This document shows positions 43,477 to 56,024 of a stretch of 64,000 bases of DNA, piece by piece (position 1 is the stretch's first letter; each line of letters opens with the position of its first letter). The translations under genes and the position numbers were made by a program. Under the pieces are notes generated by a model, which was not told the DNA's origin, did not search any database, and saw only the letters and a list, made by a program, of their open reading frames with translations. The stretch is from Octopus sinensis (lineage: Eukaryota), in NCBI RefSeq assembly GCF_006345805.1, contig NC_043015.1, positions 24,800,001-24,864,000 of the forward strand. The letters run 5' to 3'.

Positions 43477-43885
43477 TATGTAATCCCATATTTTAGACAT
43501 ATTCATTTATCTGTTTATTAAGCTTCATTGTTTGATTAAGTACAATGGCAATTTTCAATGCCATTCATACTTGCAGAACAATATCAGAATAAATAATGGT
43601 AACTACAATCAAAAAGCAAAATTATAAATATAAAAATAAATAAAAACAGCAAAACATGCAGATGCCCCCCACAAAAAATAATCAAAGAAAATAAAGACAA
43701 GCAAAACTTCAATACAAATTCTCTTCTTCTGTCTCTCTCTCTCTCTCTCTCTCACTCACACACACACACCACACAGACACATATACGCACACAATTTGAT
43801 TAAAAGCTGTTCTGCAATGAAGTCTTTAAAAGAAGATCATAGCAACTTATTGAATTAATGAAGATATGCTAACAAACAGCAACAA

Positions 43886-43921
<36 letters not shown>

Positions 43922-43930
43922 GATAATAAT

Positions 43931-43979
<49 letters not shown>

Positions 43980-44013
43980 GATGATAATAATAATAATAAT
44001 TAATAATAATAAT

Positions 44014-44077
<64 letters not shown>

Positions 44078-44330
44078 GATTATGAAGATGACAATAATGA
44101 TGATAATAATAATGATGATGATGATGATAGAGAGAAAAGAAAAAAAAAAGAAAATTTTCTTAAAGAGAGTTTCAATTATTTTACCAATGACTACCTACCT
44201 AACCAACATACCCCCTTACTTACTGTGTACACAGACACTCTCTCTCTTTCTCTCAATTTCTGTATATTTTCTCCTCATCTGTCAATACATATATATACAC
44301 ACACATATACACATATACACATACAAACAT

Positions 44331-44366
<36 letters not shown>

Positions 44367-45194
44367 CACACACACACACACACACACACACTCACTCACA
44401 CACACAAAGTTTCTCTTTCCATAACTCTCTTATTCTCTTTATCTCTGTCATTATATATTCATACATATCTGTACATATGTGTGTGTGTATATATATATAT
44501 GTGTATATACATCTGTTCAATTATCTGCATATTACTTTCACTCTATCACTCTCTCTCTCTCTCACACACACACACACAAACACACTCCGATAAAACTACC
44601 AAGTAATTATTTTAAATGATTCGTATAAAACTAATTAGCGACATTTATACGTCGGAGCTACAATATCAACGAAGTGAACAGAATCGGTAATCCATTTGAT
44701 ATCAGAGATCGGCAGAAGTCAAAGACTTTATCATGCTGTACAGAGAAGGAAAGAAGGCAAATTTGTAATAAATGAATCTTTTCCCAATAAGCTATGTTCA
44801 TTTAGATAGCAATTTTCAAACTTATCATTTTCTCTCTCTTGTGAAAGCCAATTCAATTTCTATGAACCACTAGTCAGTTAATTCATCAAATAACAGCACA
44901 CGTACACATACACACACAAACACACACAAGCACACACGTACACACACCCTCACACATTAGGCCAGCTACACACACATGCACTAATACACCAACATATACA
45001 CAAACACAAATGAAGACACACAAATATGCACACATACACCCACAGCAGCCACTACAATTGTATAATCACTTGCCAAACCTTACAGTGAATGTCTGTTGTA
45101 ACTCAACTTGCTAGAAATAGAAGCCAAATTTCCTTCAATTCACTCATTATTGTGAAAGATACAACTCACCAGAAAGACTATGAAGGTTTTGATT

Positions 45195-45428
45195 AAGGCA
45201 GTGAGCTGGCAGATACGTTAGCATGCTGGGTGAAATGCTTAGTGGTATTTCGTCTGCCGTTATGTTCTGAGTTCAAATTCTGCCAAGATCGACTTTGCCT
45301 TTCATCCTTTGGGGGTTGACAAATAAAGTACCAGTTATGTACTGGGGTCGATGTAGTAGACTTAATCCCTTTGTCTCTCCTTGTTTGTTCCCTCTATGTC
45401 TAGCCCTTTGTGAGCAATAAAGAAATAA
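45195..45428 (+). mobile_element. tRNA-derived SINE family A (ctttcatcc...gtcgataaa...agtacc block)
   Basis: aaggcagtgagctggcag head, gagttcaaattc B box. Related copies at 1-187(-), 1075-1279(-), 22235-22461(-), 22490-22700(+), 29870-30085(+), 41940-42080(-), 45845-46050(+), 59875-60085(-). Confidence 0.8.
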
Positions 45429-48400
45429 GAAAGGCTATGAAGGTTTTGATCACAAGTTATCTGGATTAGGTTTGGCCTTGGGTTAAATGACATTATAGCC
45501 CCACCACCACCACTACATACTTATATACAAACGCTCCCCACCCCTCAAACCCTCTCGTATACATATGTAGCAAATACTGCAATGAGTTAACAAGTGAAAG
45601 GCAATCAATATGTTCTGATAAAGCTGAACCGAGATTAAAATTTTTCTGTGACCCCATTATCTTTTTTCTTTCTGTGGTACAAATGGTTTGAGATGTGGTG
45701 CATCTGCAATAACATTCTTCAATGTGTCTTTCAAGGATTGAAACCCTTTTAAACCATTTCTCTGTGGAAATTTAAGTCTTTGTTCCTGTTAATTAAAAAA
45801 AATTAATGAAAAATTCAATTGAACAACTGTCATCATTAAGCTAGAAGTGGCAAATTGACCAAATCAGTAGAGAGTCCTCAAAAATGTTGTATTGCTTGTT
45901 TATGTTCTGAGTTCAAATCATGCTAAGGTTAGCTTTGTCTTTCATCTTTCCCAGCTTGATGATATAAAGTACCAGTGAAGTACTGACAAGCCATTCTATC
46001 AATCCCAGCCTGCCTCACAAACTTGCGAATCTTGCACCTAAATATCAAACCATTTTTAAGCTATTGTCTGGAACATAAATTAACATGAAATTTTGATTGA
46101 AATTTTCAATTAAAATTTCTTTAAAACAGGAATTTGATCACATCCTCATTTGCATAGGATGGCTGTGGATTTAATATTGTTGCCATTGGCAACAATGCTT
46201 GTGTTAGTGGTTTGAGGGTTGTTGTTAATGTTGTTATTGACAGTGGTAGCAGTGGGAAAACCCAGTCAGTTCTTCCCAAGTAGATTTATAACCAAAAATA
46301 TTCCATCTTTAACCATTATGCAAAGGTAGAATTTAGGTGATATTTCTAACACATAAAGTGACAGAGCGGAGCCTCCTCTCTTTAAACAGTAACTAATCTT
46401 AAGCTATTGTGTGTGAAGAGAACAGAAAGTGTGCTTACTTTTGATGATAATCATAGAAACAACACATGCACATTAGTTTTATCGCATGTGCACAGAGTTT
46501 TATCTCATGCTCAGTACTTATATCTCACGCATAATAGCTATATCTCATGCAGAAGTTCTTTGTTTATTCTCCATAGATTAGAGTTTTTTTTTTTTATTGT
46601 TTCTTGTTCTATTGAAAATATTTGAGAAAGGGTGGAAACTATATGAAATAAAAAGCTACTGAATATCTATAAGTTATCTGGGGATTTGAATCTGCAAAAT
46701 GCTGACAAAGCTTCTGTTTAAAGTAAACCAATAAAACGCTTTATTTTAAAACTCTGCTCTTTCAAAGTAATATAATTTGTGGCCTCACAGTTTTCACATT
46801 AAAATATCATGCAATATCATACAAACTAACATTTGAAAGATGATGTTTCGTTTTATGGTCTAGAAAGTGAAAGCAACTGAAGTCAGTGGAGATTGTCATT
46901 TGCCAGATGCTCAACAGTGTAATTAAAATGAAAGCATCATTTTCTTTGCAATTAAAAGTGATAGAAACCTAATATACAAAAATGGTAATAGGCAATTTTT
47001 ATATATTTTGCAAAACACTTCTGGTTTAATTTATTACATATATTTTTAATATAATAGAGAACTAGAATATAAGAATCAGACAGAATAATATTGTTGAAGG
47101 CATTTAACAAAATGTCTTTGATTGTATCCAGGCAAATTTCTGTAAATATGTATGACAAAGACAGAAATGCCAAGCATAGCCTGTTGTTTAAATACTTCAT
47201 GACATTCTTCGTGTTTATGAAGAGAAATTGATCTCTTGGTCTACAGAATGTGGTTTTCAGTATCATGATTTGGTAGCTACCCTAGCAATCAGTTACAATA
47301 AAGCCACATGGAAACACATGGTCAGGAATGACTGACTTAATATTGGCACAGCACTTTGATCAGGGATACTCTTTAGACTGTTGCAGTCCACAATGTCAAG
47401 AACCCATTGACCCACTTCATATTGATCACAATGGGGTCAACTTCAATTTATCTCTATCATTACACTGTTTCTGCTATTGTATACAAAATGGTCAATACAT
47501 CACCACAGCACATCTCTATATCTAAAACAGTTGCATCGCTTAACTGTTGTTTCTCTGCTGACACTGACCAGCTCTATAACCACAAATCAACTGGAGAAAA
47601 CTGCTGCTCATCAATACAATAAGCTTTACACAGTGATGCAGTCTGATATGATACTTAAAGAAGCAATCTTGTTTTAGACTTTCATAACAACTGTTTATAC
47701 AACAGTTCCAAACTTTTCCAACTAAACGAGCATTCCCTGAAACATATGGTCCATTACAACCTAAGTATCAGATTATTAATTAATGCCAACAATGCAACAA
47801 AATTAATTGTACTTTTAGTATTCATCATATTGATACAAATATCCCATCCAATTTAATTCCCTTCAGTTAGCTCAGAAATGTTAATAATATCATCTATAAT
47901 TCTCACAGGTGATTGTCATGTAACAGGGCCGGCTATTTCCTCGATATCTAAACAATTTGGATCCTTCCAGCTTTTTCTTTTCTTTTCACTGTCAAGTTTA
48001 ACCAAGGAAAATTGTTTTGTTTCCACTTTATTATGCTGATTTCTACTGACATCAATGGTTTAACTTTCTGGATCAATAACTGAAATATCACTGTTTAGAA
48101 TCTATATATTCACTCATGTTAGAAAATCAAACCATCTACAATTTTATCACCAAATGTTTAGAAAAATAACTCAAATAAATAAAGAGAAAGGACAATTGCA
48201 AAAATTTCCTAAATTTGTCCCTGTCATAAATATTTTACCCTCCTTTAACATCACAAAAAATTTTAAGGCCCTCTTCCCATGTGCATGATGTAATCTGTAT
48301 ATATATATATATATATATAAATGCATACACATACACACACTTGTGTGTGTGCATATATGTGTATGTATATAGACACACACATTTATATGCATATGCACAC

Positions 48401-48871
48401 ACATTAATACACTCCACTAAAAGCAAATAATCTGATAAAAATGTCAAATGGAAAACAACGACAAAAAACATCTGAAATATTTTCTGATATATCTGATCAC
48501 CTGACTGAACAGATACGGATAGCGACACAGAAATTATTTCTGTCTTTAGTTTCCATATAAATAAACTGAAAACAATATAAATAAACATAATAAATAAACA
48601 AAACAAGGTAAAAATTGTGAAAAATGACATTTCTTAAAAATATACAAACATCGCACTGTGACAAAAATGACTGATTCTTCAGACACACCAAACTGCATAC
48701 AGTCACAGCCTTGAAGAATTCTTTTTTAATCGAATCAATCAGCAGCATTACTTTTTTTCCTTCAGTTTGGTACATATTCTGTCAGTCTTTTTTGCCAAAC
48801 TGCTAGGCTATGGGGTCATAAACACACCAAAACCAGTTGTCAAGTGGTGGTGAGAGACAAACACATACACA

Positions 48872-48953
<82 letters not shown>

Positions 48954-49067
48954 ATATTTTGGAATGGTCATTTTGCCAGTTTAGCCAATAAAAACACACG
49001 CACTATATATTTGGTGTTATTTTGCTTCAGTGTTATTTATTTTTTACATTAATCTTAATCTTATTTC

Positions 49068-49112
49068 GGCCAGAGTTCTTTCGTCACACTCCTGTGACCG
49101 CATCAGTGGTCC
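49068..49112 (-). ncRNA. Hammerhead-like motif in left arm of the large PLE
   Basis: GGACCA-CTGATGC-G-GTCAC-aggagt-GTGAC-GAA-AGAACT-C-TGGCC. A9 is replaced by C and there is one extra nucleotide. Confidence 0.5.
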
Positions 49113-49453
49113 TTTGTTTTCTTCTTTCTTATTTGTGTCTCTCCTTACTAACCATCAGCCATTTTGTATTTCTATTGTATGTCTTCATTTGCACATGCTT
49201 ATATCTCTATGTGCGTTTATGTTTATTTAGTGTGTGTATGTGGGGGGATGCCTGTAATATTTGTATCTTCTGTTTATATATGTTCATGTAATTTGTATTT
49301 TGTTTTTATTGTTTTTGTTTATTCTTATTTTGTTCAGGTGTTTACATCCACTTATTATTATCATTACATATGCTTGTATGTATAACAACAATACTAGTAA
49401 TAACAATAATAAATCGAATCGAAAAAAAAATTATTAAAAAATTCTTTTTTTTT

Positions 49454-49545
<92 letters not shown>

Positions 49546-49607
49546 GTTATTTATTTCTATTAGTTTATTTATCTGTGTATTTATTATGTTTTCACGATCC
49601 TCTATCG

Positions 49608-50096
49608 TCATATGTTGTGGTGTGCGTTAGTGCTCCATTCTAGTTTTCTATTCAGGCTAGGTTTATTTTCTATTATGTGTGTAGCTTCTTTAATTTGTCT
49701 AATTTTTGCATCTGATCTATGTGTGGATAATATTTTAATTTCTATGTTATTGATTGACCTGATTATTGATTCCTGTTTGGCGTGTTGGTACAGAATTGAT
49801 GAGCTTTTACCTTCCTTGAGTTGTCTCCAATGTACATTTACCCGCTCTCCTATGCTTCTTGCCGTTTCCCCTACGTATGTCGTTGTCTTGTTACTGCATC
49901 GTCCCTCTATACATCTTATACTATAGACTACATTTCTGGCTTTACAGTTTGTTTGTGGGCTAAATCTACATACAGTACAATACTTATCCGTACAGAGGGT
50001 TCTACTAAAAGGATAGGTTCTACCAATTATAGATTTGATAGGGTTGCCTGGCTTTTCTACAACCTTAATTCTTAGCTTAAGTTTGTCTAGGGTCCT
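49608..50096 (-). pseudogene. Uninterrupted 162-codon C-terminal PLE frame (Cys linker + GIY-YIG) in the inverted arm; no start codon
   Basis: Hand translation: RTLDKLKLRIKVVEKPGNPIKSIIGRTYPFSRTLCTDKYCTVCRFSPQTNCKARNVVYSIRCIEGRCSNKTTTYVGETARSIGERVNVHW...[14 protein letters not shown]. No stops. Absent from the ORF track because it lacks ATG/GTG/TTG. Confidence 0.85.
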
Positions 50097-50108
50097 TCAA
50101 TTACTTCT

Positions 50109-51506
50109 ATGGCTAGGAAGACATATATAGAAAGATGGCGCGGATGGACCAGAGCCATACGGAGCCCCGCAAATGTCCATCAGATAAAGAAAATGATCAC
50201 ACATGCACTAGGAGCTAGTATAAGAGTTACCCTAAAAGCAACACGTTTAAGTTTAATAATAAAATATATGCCCAGGACGAGGGGGCAGCCATCGGCGTTA
50301 GTATCGCTGGTGATGTGGCCAACCTTTTCATGGTATGGTGGTACAGAAGGCTTAAAGAACGCCTAACACAGAACTCCATACTTGTAAACATGTACTCTCG
50401 CTATGTTGATGATATCAACATAGTGGTAAAGGCACCCCCACAAGAGAGTAATGTTGATATAGTAATAGAAACTAATACTATAGAGAGCATCCAGCAAATA
50501 GCTAACTCCATCCACCAGAGTATTAAGGTTACAATAGACTACTTCACTAAACACCCCAACCATAGACTACCAGTACTAGACACCGAACTCTGGCTAGAAA
50601 TTGTGAATAATAAAACCCAAATCCTTCATTCATACTATGCCAAACCTATGGCCTCAAAATACTTGATCCACTGGAACTCAGCCATTGCGGACAATGCCAA
50701 ATTCAATATTTTGATGGCAGACCTCATCAGAATAATGAGAAATGTGTCACGCATGTGCGAGCCTACAGAGTTAAAGAGACACATACATTATTTCATTCAC
50801 CGCATGCAGTTCTCAGGTTACAGCCATAAAGAAAGGATCAGAGTATACAAAGGAGCCATTAAGAAATTTAATAATATATTATGTAATGATAGGAATGGGA
50901 TTTGCCCACACTATAGGAACAAGTCATGGAACACTATAGAAAGGACAACAAAGAAAATAGGGAAGGCCAACTCTTGGTACGATAGCCATAAATACCAGAG
51001 TGTCATGTTCGTTGACACCACCCCTGGAGGTGAACTGGCGTACCGAATTAAGGTTGTAGAAAAGCCAGGCAACCCTATCAAATCTATAATTGGTAGAACC
51101 TATCCTTTTTAGTAGAACCCTCTGTACGGATAAGTACTGTACTGTATGTAGATTTAGCCCACAAACAAATTGTAAAGCCAGAAATGTAGTCTATAGTATA
51201 AGATGTATAGAGGGATGATGCAGTAACAAGACAACGACATACGTAGGCGAAATGGCAAGAAGCATAGGAGAGTGGGTAAATGAGCATTGGAGACAACTCA
51301 AGGAAGGTAAAAGCTCATCGATTCTGTACCAACACGCCGAACAAGAACATGGGGGATCAATCAATAACATAGAAATAAAAATATTATCCACACATAGATC
51401 AGATGCAACAATTAAACAAATTACAGAAGCTACACACATAATAGAAAATAAACCTAGCCTGAATAGAAAACTAGAATGGAGCACTGACACACACCACAAT
51501 ATATGA
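50109..51506 (+). pseudogene. 5'-truncated, disrupted PLE reverse transcriptase + GIY-YIG endonuclease ORF
   Basis: After a frameshift near 50247 it reads KFNNKIYAQDEGAAIGVSIAGDVANLFMVWW...RYVDD (YVDD at 50402-50413), then LPVLD and thumb motifs. A +1 T at 51106-51110 precedes a Cys-rich linker (CTDKYCTVC...C) and VVYSIRC...YVGE (GIY-YIG). Premature TGA at 51216-51218. Confidence 0.9.
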
Positions 51507-51564
51507 CGATAGAGGATCCTGAAAACATAATAAATACACAGATAAATAAACTAATAGAAATAAA

Positions 51565-51651
<87 letters not shown>

Positions 51652-51994
51652 TTCTTTTTTTATTTTTTTTTATAATTTTTTTTTTCCATTCGATTTATTA
51701 TTGTTATTACTAGTATTGTTGTTATACATACAAGCATATGTAATGATAATAATAAGTGGATGTAAACACATGAACAAAATAAGAATAAACAAAAACAACA
51801 AAAACAAAATACAAATTACATGAACATATATAAACAGAAGATACAAATATAACAGGCATCCCCCCACATACACACACTAAATAAACATAAACGCACATAG
51901 AGATATAAGCATGCGCAAATGAAGACATACAATAGAAATACAAAATGGCTGACGGTTAGTAAAGAGAGACACAAATAAGAAAGAAGAAAACAAA

Positions 51995-52039
51995 GGACCA
52001 CTGATGCGGTCACAGGAGTGTGACGAAAGAACTCTTGCC
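51995..52039 (+). ncRNA. Hammerhead-like motif in right arm of the large PLE
   Basis: Same motif as 49068-49112, with one extra helix I mismatch (CTCTTGCC). Confidence 0.45.
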
Positions 52040-52217
52040 GAAATAAGATTAAGATTAATGTAAAAAATAAATAACACTGAAGAAAAGTAACACCAAATAT
52101 ATAGTGCGTGTGTTGTTATTGGCTAAACTGGAAAAATGACCATTCCGAAATATAACAATACCTGTTTCAACACACGACTTCACATAAAAAATCTTGCACA
52201 ACAAATATTTAAACATA

Positions 52218-52252
<35 letters not shown>

Positions 52253-52630
52253 AAAATAAGACATGGTATAAAACAGTTTTATCATGAAGTACATTTTAGT
52301 ACCAGTTTCCGTGTTTTAGACTTTTTCAATTAACAGTTGTAGTCTGTACTATTCCTTCAGATTTACTACCACCTAGCATTCACAAAGGGAGGGAGAGAGA
52401 GAGAGAGAAAGACTATTTGAAGACTATGAAAATATTTATAAAACATTTCACTTAATATTTTTTCACCAATTTAATTGTTTTTCGTATTTAACACTTCGTT
52501 GAAAAACTCTAAAAGTTGGAAACCGGCACTAAAATGTGCTTCATGATAAAATTATTTTAGCATTTTCTACTTTGTCTTATTTTCCTTATATATATCCAAG
52601 TCGTGTGCTAATTTTCTTTCCATACATATA

Positions 52631-52697
<67 letters not shown>

Positions 52698-52709
52698 TAT
52701 ATGTATATG

Positions 52710-52759
<50 letters not shown>

Positions 52760-52762
<3 letters not shown>

Positions 52763-53215
52763 AAGGGTGAAAAAGAACACACGAGTTGATATATATGAAA
52801 AAACAAGTCAAAAATAGAAAATGCTAAAATAATTTTATAGTGAACATTTCAGTACCGGTTTCGGTCATTTTGAGACCTTTTCAACTGTAACGATTAAATA
52901 ATTAAATTTAGAAAAATTAGAAGAAAAGTTTTTTTAAAAGAATATTTCTATAGTAGTGTTCAGATTTAAGTGGCATTCTGCCTTTCTCTGACTCCCTTGT
53001 TTGCACTTGTGTGTCGGAGGTCGTTGTGAGTTCTTGGTAGGGTAGTAGAGGAAGAAGGCTGGTGAGGAAAGGGGGGTGGCAGAATCTGGGAGTGCCCTGA
53101 TGGTCGTATTTTGAATGTCAGTGGCGGCTGGCAGTCTCAGTTCAATTCAGGAGAATATTTATATTGACAGGCTTGTTTATAGAATTAGCGTAGGTGTTAT
53201 ACTAAAAAACATTAG
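52760..53215 (-). mobile_element. PLE 3' remnant carrying the U3-A8 hammerhead; related termini at 52230-52345 (-) and 52480-52625 (+)
   Basis: Shared terminal motif atgctaaaataattttat...cattt(c/t)agt(a/g)ccggtttc in three copies. Weak ORF remnant NTYANSINKPVNI. Confidence 0.5.
52847..52890 (-). ncRNA. Minimal type I hammerhead ribozyme motif, U3-A8 variant, palindromic helix III
   Basis: Minus strand TTACAG-TTGAAAA-GGTC-tcaaaat-GACC-GAA-ACCGGT-A-CTGAAA: helix I 5 of 6 pairs, perfect 4-bp helix II, GUA triplet. Confidence 0.75.
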
Positions 53216-54044
53216 TGACAAAGTTAAGGGGTAGGGGGTGGAGAAGTAGAAGAAGAAGAAGAAGAAGAAGAAGAAGGAGAAGGAGAAGATGACGATGATG
53301 GTGATGGTGGTGATGATTATGACGACATATATGTATGTATAGATGTATAGATATATATATATACACACACACACATACATACACATATGCATGCAGACAC
53401 ACACACACTCATATATACACATGCACAAATATACGATTCCTTTTCTTCTGACATTTGTTTTACGTCTTTATTTTGATGTCTTCTTTTTAGTAATGGTGGT
53501 GGCAGGTGGTGCTGGTCATGGTAGGTGCACCAAGGATTGTTATCTTTTGTTTTAACTTCACCCCCATCAGGCTATTATTATTACAACTGTTAGTGGCACC
53601 CAAACAACCTCTGTGGGCCATCTTCTTAAATTCACTTGATGGATTTTCTGTTTCACCTTAAACTCTCATAAATATATTTTAAATAAGTCTGAATAACTAC
53701 AACCTTCAATTTTGTCATCATCAATCAAATCTTGTATTTTCTTATAGGTTAGCTCTATTCATCGACCCTCCTCTTCTCTTCCTCTCTCTCTCTTTTCCCT
53801 CAATCTCTCTTTGTTTCTCTCTCTCACTCTCTCTCATGCTCTTTCTATCTTTCTTCTCTCTCTCTCTTTTTTTTGTTTCTTGATGATTGCCTCATAGATA
53901 CAAAGTCACTGTACAGACATGCTTGTAACAAACACAGAGGCATGGCTAGACATGTCCATATATATGATTATTTACATTTATGTGTGTATATAAATACCTG
54001 TGCAAGCATATATAGACAAACATGCATTGATATACACATATCGC

Positions 54045-55240
54045 CATCATTATCACCATCATCATTTAACGTACGTTGTCTGTGCTGGTATGGGTAGGAC
54101 AGTTTGACCAGGGCTGGTAAGCTGGAAGGCTGCACCAGACTCCAGTCTGAGTTTGCTTGGTTTTCTATGGCTGGATGCCCTTCCCCATGTCAACCACTCC
54201 AAGAGTGTAATGGGTGATTTTACATGCCATCTGCATAACACCGGTATCTGCCCTGACTGTGATTTTGCTCTGCTTGAGGGATCTTCTCAAGCACAACATA
54301 ATGTCAAAGGTCTCAGTCATTGCCTCTGTGAGGCCCCAACACCTGAAAGGAACTTGGCCCCTTTGCCCCCATGAGGCCCAACAGTGCTCTTTACATGCCA
54401 CCGGCATGGGTGCCAATTACATGACACCAACATCAACCATGTCTATGATTTCATTTAGCTTGAGGAGTCTTCTCAAGCACAGCATATCACCAAAGGTCTT
54501 GGTTACTGGTCATTGCCTTTGTGAGGCACAGACAAGCCTGTTAACATGCTTCACAACTTCATCCCATGTCTTCTTGGGTCTACCTCTATCTCAGGTTCCC
54601 TCCACAGTTAGAGATCAACACTTTTTACAAAGCTGCCCTAAATCATATGCATCACATGACCATATCACTGCAGTCGTTTCTCTTGCACACCACATTTGAT
54701 GCCTCTTATGACTAACATTTCTCTCAAGATGCTCACACTTTGTCAAACATGCACACTGACATTGCACATTCAGTGATGCATACTGCCTTCATTTCTTTCA
54801 AGACTACACATGTTTCACTGCCATATAGCATAACTATTCACACACAGGCATCATAAAATCTGCCTTTAATTCTGAGAGAGACGACCTTTGTTGCCAGCAG
54901 AGGTAGGGGTTCTCTCAACTTTGCCAACTTAAACTTATTCTTACAACTATGATCTTGGAGCATCTACCTCCACTACTAACTTGGTCACCTAGATAATGGA
55001 AGCTATCTACTACCTCTGGCTTTCCCCCTGCCAGTTGATGGAGTTTATTTTCTGTGTTTATTGTACCTGTGCATCTTCCACATATAAAAGCTAGTTTCCC
55101 TGTTAATCTTCCTCTGATATTACTGCACTTTTTAAGTGTCCAAAGCTTACAGCAGATGCATCTTATAGAGATTCTCCCTATACCTCTCTCCCTAATTAGT
55201 TGGGCTATGACTTTCTGTAACTTTTATCTTTTTTGTGTGT
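54045..55240 (-). mobile_element. 5'-truncated RTE-clade LINE with 3' UTR and (ATG)n-like tail
   Basis: EVVDSFHYLGDQVSSGG and KKC*SLTVEGT*DRGRPKKTWDEVVK motifs, continuous with the ggatgccc-type 3' tail. Confidence 0.8.
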
Positions 55241-55660
55241 GTCGGTGTAAAAACAGGATGAAGTAACCGGTTCAATGAAGGAAAGTGGTTGGTGGGATCA
55301 AACCCATTCCAGTTCCATTCAGTTTTTGCTTTTTATTTTCATCCGAAATAATAATGTATTTATTCATGCAATAACATTCGATAAGTCCCTGACCCCATTT
55401 GTCCTTTGTGTTGTCACCTCTTTGTATATCCCTTGTGGTTTAAATAAAATCATTGTGCTGGTTCCACGGGTCATGTCTTGATAGTTCAAAGTTTACAGTT
55501 CGAGTTAGCATGTCAGATTGTTGGTACTTAAAAGATTGTCATTATCTTCAGTGTGGTTACTGTCGTTTGTTTTCATTATATTGTTATTATACTGTTGTAG
55601 TGTATTCGTTTGTCTGTGAAGATATAACAACAATTACATGAATGTATATATAAGTATGTA

Positions 55661-55915
55661 CGTAGTCTGATCAATATGTATCAGGACTGTTGCCATAGTA
55701 ACGAAATTAAAGCATTCAAAGTAAAGTCACTTGGCACAGATAGACCTCAAAATCTGCTGTGCATGCGCTCTAAGTTTTAACATTCTAGCTCACTTCTGCT
55801 GCTTACAGCAGTGCTTAGAAGGAAGGTGTGTAGCATGTGACTGTTGCATTGGCAATGATAGAGAAAGTTGAGCAGAGAATCTGTATCAAATTTTGCCAAA
55901 AGCTTGGCGATATCT
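55661..55915 (+). mobile_element. 5' fragment of a mariner transposon
   Basis: TA|CGTAGTCTGATCAATA TIR-like start; ATG at 55855 gives MIEKVEQRICIKFCQKLGD (mariner N-terminal EQR.CIKFC.KLG). Confidence 0.75.
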
Positions 55916-56024
55916 TCTATTATTGCTGAACTGTCAAGCTACAAAGACATAAACAAACCGACAAAAGAGTGTATATACATATATATATATATATATGTGT
56001 ATATGTGTTTATATATGCATATAG

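Larger units (their letters stand above)
48947..52160. mobile_element. Penelope-like retroelement with inverted 3'-end duplication (arms 48947-50071 and 51045-52160, 3' ends pointing outward)
   Basis: The arms are near-identical reverse complements (e.g. tattgttatattttggaatggtcatttt vs aaaatgaccattccgaaatataacaata). The central part encodes RT; both arms encode GIY-YIG plus a 3' UTR with (TA)n. Confidence 0.93.
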
